DNA of 64,000 bases from an uncultured Holophagaceae bacterium (GTDB taxonomy: Bacteria > Acidobacteriota > Holophagae > Holophagales > Holophagaceae), in the NCBI GenBank assembly GCA_963705865.1, contig CAVPLE010000149.1:6402-70401 (forward strand), written 5' to 3'. Position 1 is the first letter of the stretch. Every line of letters starts with the position of its first letter. Under the pieces are notes generated by a model. That model saw nothing but the letters and a program-made list of their open reading frames with translations. It did no database searches and was not told where the DNA came from. The position numbers and the translations under genes are program-made. Shown in pieces: positions 57,442 through 64,000 of this stretch.

Positions 57442-59157
57442 TTGAGTCCGAACCTTTCCGATCTCATCTGGTCCGTGGCTGATCTGCTCCGGGGCGACTA
57501 CAAGCAGGCGGACTACGGCAAGGTGATCCTGCCCTTCGCCCTGCTGAGGCGCCTGGACTGCGTGCTGAAGGAAACCAAGGAGGCCGTGTTGAAGGAGGTC
57601 GCAGCCCGCAAGGGCCTGGCGGAAGCGGCCCAGGAGCACTACCTGGTGAAGGCAGCCAAGCAGTCCTTCTACAACACCAGCCGTTATGACCTACCCACGC
57701 TGGTGGGGGATCCCCAGCACCTCAAGGAGAACCTGCTGACCTATGTGCGCTGCTTCAGCGCCAACGCCCGGGACATCTTCGACCGCTACAAGTTCGCCGA
57801 CCAGGTGGAATACCTCGACGGCAAGAACCTGCTCTATCAGGTGGCCGAGAAGTTCGCGACCATCGACCTGCATCCCAGGAAGGTCAATCCCATCGCCATG
57901 GGCCACGCCTTCGAGGAACTGATCCGGCGCTTCTCAGAACTCTCCAACGAAACGGCCGGAGAGCACTTCACCCCCCGCGAGGTCATCCACCTCATGGTGA
58001 ACCTGCTCTTCATCGAGGACGAGGCGGCCCTGACCAAGCCGAAGGTCATCCGGTCCATCTACGATCCCACCGCCGGCACCGGCGGCATGCTGTCCGTGGC
58101 GGAGGATCATCTGCGGGCCATGAACCCCGGCGCCAAGCTGGTGATGTACGGCCAGGAGCTGAACGACGAATCCTACGCCATCTGCAAGGCTGACATGCTC
58201 ATCAAGGGCCAGGAGGTGTCCAACATCATCTCCGGCAACACCCTGTCGGAAGATGGCCACGCGGGGCGCCGCTTCGACTACCTCATCTCCAACCCGCCCT
58301 TCGGCGTGGAGTGGAAGAAGGTCCAGAAAGAAGTCACCAAGGAGCATGACCAGCAGGGCTTCAACGGCCGCTTCGGACCAGGCCTGCCCCGCATCAACGA
58401 TGGGGCCCTGCTCTTCAACCTGCACCTTCTCTCCAAGATGCGGCCCGTCAGCGAAGGCGGCTCCCGCATGGCCATCGTCCACAACGGCTCGCCCCTCTTC
58501 ACGGGCGGAGCAGGATCGGGCGAAAGCGAGATCCGGCGCCACATCCTGGAGAACGACCTGCTGGAAGCCATCGTGGCCCTGCCCACGGACATGTTCTACA
58601 ACACCGGCATCGCCACCTACATCTGGGTGCTCACCAACCACAAGCATCCCGAGCGCAAGGGCAAGGTTCAGCTCATCAACGCCACCGGCTTCTGGCAGAA
58701 GATGAAGAAATCCCTGGGGTCCAAGCGCAAGGAACTGGGGCCCGAGCACATCGCCGAGATCACCCGGTTGTACGGGGCCTTCAAAGAGGGGTCTCTGGTG
58801 AAGGTCTTCGACACCGAGGACTTCGGGTACACGGCCATCACCGTGGAGCGCCCCCTTCGGGATGCCAAGGGCAAGGTGGTGAAGGATGCCAAGGGGAACC
58901 CCAAGCCCGATGCCAGCCTGCGCGACACCGAGAATGTGCCCCTGAGGGAGGACATCCAGGCCTACTTCGAACGCGAGGTGCTGCCCCACGCCCCCGATGC
59001 CTGGATTGACGAGAAGAAATCCAAGGTGGGCTATGAGATCCCCTTCACCCGCCACTTCTATGAGTACCAGCCTCCCCGACCTCTTGAGGCCATCGACGCC
59101 GACCTGAAGGCCTGCGTGGCCCGGATCCAGACCCTGCTCAAGGAGGTGGTGGGATGA
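57442..59157 (+). CDS. hsdM: Type I R-M N6-adenine methyltransferase
   Basis: [34 protein letters not shown]. Confidence 0.95.
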   Translation: MSPNLSDLIWSVADLLRGDYKQADYGKVILPFALLRRLDCVLKETKEAVLKEVAARKGLAEAAQEHYLVKAAKQSFYNTSRYDLPTLVGDPQHLKENLLTYVRCFSANARDIFDRYKFADQVEYLDGKNLLYQVAEKFATIDLHPRKVNPIAMGHAFEELIRRFSELSNETAGEHFTPREVIHLMVNLLFIEDEAALTKPKVIRSIYDPTAGTGGMLSVAEDHLRAMNPGAKLVMYGQELNDESYAICKADMLIKGQEVSNIISGNTLSEDGHAGRRFDYLISNPPFGVEWKKVQKEVTKEHDQQGFNGRFGPGLPRINDGALLFNLHLLSKMRPVSEGGSRMAIVHNGSPLFTGGAGSGESEIRRHILENDLLEAIVALPTDMFYNTGIATYIWVLTNHKHPERKGKVQLINATGFWQKMKKSLGSKRKELGPEHIAEITRLYGAFKEGSLVKVFDTEDFGYTAITVERPLRDAKGKVVKDAKGNPKPDASLRDTENVPLREDIQAYFEREVLPHAPDAWIDEKKSKVGYEIPFTRHFYEYQPPRPLEAIDADLKACVARIQTLLKEVVG

Positions 59158-60212
59158 CCGGAGAACTCCGGGACACGCCCCCCTCGGGCGAGTTCTTCAT
59201 CTACCGGACGGAGGACGGCCGGCTCCGCCTCCAGGTGCGCTTCGACGGCCAGACCGTCTGGCTCACCCAGGCCGCCCTGGCGGAACTCTTCCAGACCACC
59301 CCCCAGAACATCACCCTCCACATCCGGGCCATCTACGACGAAGGAGAACTGGAGGAGGGGGCAACCTGTAAGGATTACTTACAAGTTCGCCAGGAGGGCG
59401 CCCGGCAGGTCCAGCGCAGCCTCAAGCACTACAACCTGCCCATGATCCTCGCCGTGGGCTACCGGGTGCGATCCCCCCGGGGCACCCAGTTCCGGCAGTG
59501 GGCCACGGCCCGCCTCGAGGAGTTCGTGGTCAAGGGCTTCACCCTGGACGACCAGCGGCTCAAGAACCCGCCTGGCCCAGATGTGCCCGACTACTTCGAC
59601 GAACTGCTGGCCCGCATCCGGGACATCCGCTCCTCCGAGAAGCTGTTCTGGCGCAAGGTGCTGGACATCTACGCCACCAGCGTGGACTACGACCCCTCCG
59701 CCGAGGCCAGCCAGCGGTTCTTCGCCACGGTGCAGAACAAGATGCACTTCGCCGCCCATGGCCACACCGCGGCCGAGGTGATCCACGAGCGGGCCGACGC
59801 CACCCAGCCGCAGATGGGCCTGCGCACCACCGCCGGCGACCGCCTGCGCCTGGCCGATGTGGGCGTGGCCAAGAACTACCTGGACCTGGACGAGCTGGAA
59901 GCCCTCAACCGCATCGTCACCGCCTACCTGGAATTCGCCGAGCTCCAGGCCCTCAACCGGCGCCCCATGGCCATGGCCGACTGGATCACCAAGCTGGACG
60001 ACTTCCTGAAGCTCTCCGGCCGCGACCTCCTCACCCATGCGGGCCGCATCTCCCATGAGCAGGCCCTGGAAAAGGCCCGCCTGGCCTACGAGCAGTACCG
60101 GCAGGCCCACCTGGAGGACGAGAGCCGCGTGGAACGGGATTTCCTGGAGACGGCAAAGGGCCTTGAGAAGCAACACCCCCGGCTGGAAAACAAGAAGCGG
60201 GGGAAAGGATGA
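59154..60212 (+). CDS. rhuM: RhuM-family ('virulence RhuM') protein
   Basis: [60 protein letters not shown]. Confidence 0.92.
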   Translation: MTGELRDTPPSGEFFIYRTEDGRLRLQVRFDGQTVWLTQAALAELFQTTPQNITLHIRAIYDEGELEEGATCKDYLQVRQEGARQVQRSLKHYNLPMILAVGYRVRSPRGTQFRQWATARLEEFVVKGFTLDDQRLKNPPGPDVPDYFDELLARIRDIRSSEKLFWRKVLDIYATSVDYDPSAEASQRFFATVQNKMHFAAHGHTAAEVIHERADATQPQMGLRTTAGDRLRLADVGVAKNYLDLDELEALNRIVTAYLEFAELQALNRRPMAMADWITKLDDFLKLSGRDLLTHAGRISHEQALEKARLAYEQYRQAHLEDESRVERDFLETAKGLEKQHPRLENKKRGKG

Positions 60213-61528
60213 AGTGGAAGCCCTACCCGACCTATGTTGATTCGGGAGTGGATCTCATCGGCCCCATCCCAGCCCACTGGAAGGCCCATCGGATCAAGCA
60301 CCTCGCCAACGTCCGACTCAGCAATGTGGACAAACTGGCCGTCGAAGGCGAGGCCCCGGTTCGCCTGGCCAACTATGTGGATGTCTACAAGAACGAGCGG
60401 ATCACGGCGGATATGGAGCTCATGGCTGCCACGGCCAGCGCTGACCAAATCGCCCGGCTTTCCCTTCAGGCTGGGGATGTCCTCATTACCAAGGATTCAG
60501 AAACCCCTGACGACATCGGAGTGCCCGCCTTTGTTCCAGAGACCGTGGAAGACGTGGTGTGCGGCTACCACCTGGCCATGCTTCGACCAGACATGGGACG
60601 ACTTCACGGCGCTTTCCTCCATCGTTGGTTGCAGGGAAATATAGCCAAGGCTCACTTCACATCCCACGCCACGGGCATGACCCGCTATGGCCTCGGGAAA
60701 GGCGACATCGGCGATGCTCCGGTAATGTGGGCTCCCTTGGAAGAACAAGCTGCCATCTCCGCCTTTCTCGACCGCGAAACGTCCAAGATCGACACCCTGA
60801 TCGCCGAACAGGGCACCCTGATTGAGCGTTTGAAGGAATGGCAGATTGCGATGACCTCGCAGGTGGTGACCAAGGGAATGAGCCCTGATGTGCCCAAGAA
60901 AGATAGCGGGCTGATGTGGTTAGGCGAGGTGCCAGAACATTGGACTATGAAGCGGCTTCGCGCCCTATTCAGGCAAGAAAAACGGCAAGATCAGGTAGGC
61001 AAACCTGTGTTATCGGTTTATCGGGATTATGGAGTCATTTTCAAAAACTCCCGTGACGATAACAACAACAAAACCCCAGAGAACTTAAGCCTCTACCAAT
61101 TGGTGAACAAAGGCGATTTGGTTGTAAATAAAATGAAGGCATGGCAGGGCTCTTTAGGTGTTTCCAATTTGGATGGAATTACAAGCCCTGATTACGCTGT
61201 ATTCACGCCACTCCACCAGGAGTGCTCGGCCTTTATTCACCTGCTTCTACGTTCTGAACGAGTGGTGTCTCTTTATCGCAGCATCTCAAACGGTATTCGG
61301 CCGGATCAATGGCGGTTGGAACCAGATCAATTCCTGAACATGTACGTTCCCCTGCCCCCATTGAGTGAGCAAGGGGAAATCTCTTCCCATGTTGAAAGTT
61401 TGGCTCGGGGGTACAACGCCCTTGCCGAGGAAGCAAAGAAAGCCATTGAACTCTTGGCTGAGCACCGATCCGCCCTCATCACGGCCGTAGTCACCGGGAA
61501 GGTGGATGTGCGGGGGGCCGTCGCATGA
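60209..61528 (+). CDS. hsdS: Type I R-M specificity subunit
   Basis: YP.Y.DSG..IG.IP.HW, PLEEQ..I..FLD, PPLSEQ, RSALITAVVTGKVDV. Confidence 0.93.
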   Translation: MKWKPYPTYVDSGVDLIGPIPAHWKAHRIKHLANVRLSNVDKLAVEGEAPVRLANYVDVYKNERITADMELMAATASADQIARLSLQAGDVLITKDSETPDDIGVPAFVPETVEDVVCGYHLAMLRPDMGRLHGAFLHRWLQGNIAKAHFTSHATGMTRYGLGKGDIGDAPVMWAPLEEQAAISAFLDRETSKIDTLIAEQGTLIERLKEWQIAMTSQVVTKGMSPDVPKKDSGLMWLGEVPEHWTMKRLRALFRQEKRQDQVGKPVLSVYRDYGVIFKNSRDDNNNKTPENLSLYQLVNKGDLVVNKMKAWQGSLGVSNLDGITSPDYAVFTPLHQECSAFIHLLLRSERVVSLYRSISNGIRPDQWRLEPDQFLNMYVPLPPLSEQGEISSHVESLARGYNALAEEAKKAIELLAEHRSALITAVVTGKVDVRGAVA

Positions 61529-61806
61529 TGTCCTGGGTCCGATGGTTCAACGAGAACAGTGGATTCCTCACCCTGATTTTCAGCGCCATCGTGGCCATTG
61601 CCACCGTGTTCTATGTGATCCTCGCCCGCCAGTTGGTTCGGGAGACGGCCGCCCTGCGCCGCCTTCAGAGTGAACCCCAGTTGGACCTCACCCTCCAGAG
61701 CGTGCCGGCCTCCATCCATGTCCTGCCCCCAGGTGGTGATCATATCGGTGAATCCACCGACATGATCCAAGCCTTGACCTGCATGGCTTTTCTGGAGGTC
61801 GCATGA
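61525..61806 (+). pseudogene. Single-TM hypothetical protein, probably truncated
   Basis: NSGFLTLIFSAIVAIATVFYVIL...RETAALRRLQSEP; ATGA-coupled on both sides. Confidence 0.45.
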
Positions 61807-62654
61807 ACGATCTGGCCAGCCCCTTCGAACAAATCCGCCGGACCAATGAGGCAGGCCATGAGTTCTGGCCCAGCCGCGCCTTCGCGCAGGTGCTGGGCTA
61901 CACCGACTATCGGAACTTCGAAGGGGTCATTGAAAAGGCTCGGACGGCCTGTTTCAACAGTGGCCACCGGGTGGACGACCATTTCGTTGAAGTCACCGAA
62001 ATGGTCGAAATCGGCAGGGGCGCTCAGCGTGCGGTCCGGACCGTCATGATGTCGCGCTATGCCTGCTATCTGATCATTCAGAACGCGGACCCAGCCAAGG
62101 AAATCGTGGCCGTGGGCCAGACCTACTTCGCGGTGCAGACCCGCCGGCAGGAGCTTCAGGACCAAGGGAGAAGCGAGCGGGAGATCGAGGATGAACGCCG
62201 GCTTCTACTTCGCGCCGAGATGAAGCAACACAACCTCCAGTTGGCGGATGCGGCCAAGGGGGCGGGCGTCGTCGAGCCCCGGGACTACGCCATCTTCCAG
62301 AACCACGGCTACATGGGCCTCTACGGGGGAATGGGCGCCCAGGACATCCACGCACGGAAGGGGCTGAAGAAGGGGCAGCAGATCCTGGATCACATGGGCA
62401 GCACCGAACTGGCCGCCAACCTCTTCCGCGCCACCCAGGCCGAGGAGAAGCTGCGCCGCGAGAAGATCACGGGCAAGGAGAAAGCCAACCGTGCCCATCA
62501 GGAAGTGGGCGCCAAGGTCCGCCAGACCATTCAGGAATTGGGCGGCACCATGCCCGAAGACCTGCCGCCGGCCGAGAACATCAAGCAACTGGAACCCAAA
62601 CCAGCCAAGACCCTCAAGGCCACCCCTCGCACCCCACGAAAGGGCAAACCATGA
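61803..62654 (+). CDS. dinD: DNA damage-inducible protein D
   Basis: FEQIRR.NE.G.EFW, MSRYACYLIIQNADP.K, FQNHGYMGLYGG, ILDHMGSTELAANLFRATQ. Confidence 0.93.
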   Translation: MNDLASPFEQIRRTNEAGHEFWPSRAFAQVLGYTDYRNFEGVIEKARTACFNSGHRVDDHFVEVTEMVEIGRGAQRAVRTVMMSRYACYLIIQNADPAKEIVAVGQTYFAVQTRRQELQDQGRSEREIEDERRLLLRAEMKQHNLQLADAAKGAGVVEPRDYAIFQNHGYMGLYGGMGAQDIHARKGLKKGQQILDHMGSTELAANLFRATQAEEKLRREKITGKEKANRAHQEVGAKVRQTIQELGGTMPEDLPPAENIKQLEPKPAKTLKATPRTPRKGKP

Positions 62655-64000
62655 CGGACGATCTGCACAGCCCGTACTTCCGGAATGAAATGAGCGGGGC
62701 CATCCACCAGGAAAAGCACTTCCAGCGCGAGATCATCCAGCACCTTTGCGCCCATGGCTGGGTGGAAGGTCAGGACGCCGCCTACGACAAGGCCCTGGCC
62801 CTGTATCCCGAGGATGCGCTGGCCTGGGTGAGGGCCGCTCATCCCGAGGCATGGGCGAGACTCGAAGCCATGCACGGGGCCAAGGCGGGGAGCCAAGTCC
62901 TGGAACGCCTCACCAAGGAGCTGGAAACCCAGGGCATCCTGGCGGTGCTGCGCCACGGATTCAAGATGGTGGGCCTGGGCGAGAAGCGCCTGACCATGGC
63001 CCAGTTCAAGCCCGCCTTCGCCCTGAACCCGGACACGCTGGAACGCTACGCCGCCAACCGCCTGCGAGTGGTGGAGGAGGTGCACTACTCCCAGCACAAG
63101 GCAGACCGGCTGGACCTGGTGCTCTTCCTCAACGGCCTGCCCGTGGCCACGGCCGAGCTGAAGACCGACAGCACCCAGAGCGTGTGGGACGCCATCAAGC
63201 AGTACCGGAACGACCGCCCCCCAGTGGACCCCGTGGCCAAGGTCAGCGAACCCCTTCTGGCCTTCAAGAAGCGGTGCGTGGTCCATTTCGCCGTGAGCAC
63301 GGACGAGGTGCACATGGCCACCCGCCTGGAGGGCACCGCCACGGTGTTCCGGCCCTTCAACCTGGGCCATGTCGGCGGGAAAGGGAACCCCCCGAATCCT
63401 GATGGATGCCGCACGGCCTACCTGTGGGAGCGGGTGCTCCAGCGGGAGGCCTGGCTGCACATCCTGGGCAGCTTCGTCCACCTGGAACGCACCAAGAAGC
63501 AGCTTCCGGATGGCCGCTGGGAAACGTTGGAGAGCCTGATCTTCCCCCGCTTCCACCAGTGGGATGCGGTGCTGAAGCTCGTGGGCTCCGCCCGTGCGGA
63601 GGGGCCTGGAAAGACTTACCTGGTGCAGCACTCCGCAGGTTCGGGCAAGTCCAACACCATTGCCTGGACAGCCCATCACCTGGCCAGCCTGCATGATGCC
63701 CACGACAAGAAGGTGTTCGATTCGGTCATCGTCATCACCGATCGCACCGTGCTGGACCAGCAGCTCCAGGACACCATCTATCAGTTCGAGCACAAGGCCG
63801 GCGTGGTGGAGCGCGTCACGGACGAGGACGGCGCCAAGTCCGAGCAGCTGGCGGCGGCCCTGCTGGCCCGAAAGCCCATCATCATCGTCACCATCCAGAC
63901 CTTCGGGTTCGTGCTCAAGCGCATCCAGACGGACGAGGCCCTGCGGGCCAGGAGCTTCGCCGTCATCGCGGACGAGGCCCACTCCTCCCAGAGCGGCAGC
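62651..64000 (+). CDS. hsdR: Type I restriction endonuclease subunit R, partial (runs off the window)
   Basis: Translated by hand from ATG 62651: LDLVLFLNGLPVATAELK nuclease motif, QHSAGSGKS Walker A, DEAHSSQ. Confidence 0.92.
   Translation, partial: MTDDLHSPYFRNEMSGAIHQEKHFQREIIQHLCAHGWVEGQDAAYDKALALYPEDALAWVRAAHPEAWARLEAMHGAKAGSQVLERLTKELETQGILAVLRHGFKMVGLGEKRLTMAQFKPAFALNPDTLERYAANRLRVVEEVHYSQHKADRLDLVLFLNGLPVATAELKTDSTQSVWDAIKQYRNDRPPVDPVAKVSEPLLAFKKRCVVHFAVSTDEVHMATRLEGTATVFRPFNLGHVGGKGNPPNPDGCRTAYLWERVLQREAWLHILGSFVHLERTKKQLPDGRWETLESLIFPRFHQWDAVLKLVGSARAEGPGKTYLVQHSAGSGKSNTIAWTAHHLASLHDAHDKKVFDSVIVITDRTVLDQQLQDTIYQFEHKAGVVERVTDEDGAKSEQLAAALLARKPIIIVTIQTFGFVLKRIQTDEALRARSFAVIADEAHSSQSGS

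Overview
High-GC bacterial window. Gene content (three S46 peptidases, tricorn protease, TonB receptor, MacA/FtsX-type exporter, 9-nt-periodic intergenic palindromes) suggests Acidobacteriota, Holophagae/Geothrix-like; this is an inference. In order: a partial VirB10-like ORF, pstS, a thioesterase, a K+ channel and a broken CPA2 antiporter; a two-part arsenic island (arsR-CMD-acr3-rhodanese-GNAT-arsC, then arsR-arsM-permease-thioredoxin) followed by a PDH-CM fusion; an oxidative-stress cluster (rubrerythrin, DUF3501, Dps, SOD); a decayed stretch with a dead class A beta-lactamase, a REP-flanked yidC paralogue and a deleted IS66; three tandem S46 dipeptidyl peptidases; outer-membrane proteins and an ABC exporter lacking its ATPase; an IS630 with a passenger ORF; a group II PLP decarboxylase; proBA; an aminotransferase next to a gamma-glutamyl-ligase/M20-peptidase fusion; a lactate/glycolate permease-glycerate kinase-malate synthase cluster; tricorn protease; and a type I R-M locus interleaved with rhuM and dinD. 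The strongest leads are (1) the GCS-fold ligase/M20 hydrolase fusion with its aminotransferase, (2) a Pro-rich leader peptide with a classical 1:2/2:3/3:4 attenuator upstream of proBA, and (3) modular REP-like elements with a covarying structured core. No rRNA, tRNA or CRISPR array was seen. All family assignments come from motif recognition by eye, not database searches. Several starts were re-chosen from the ORF track.
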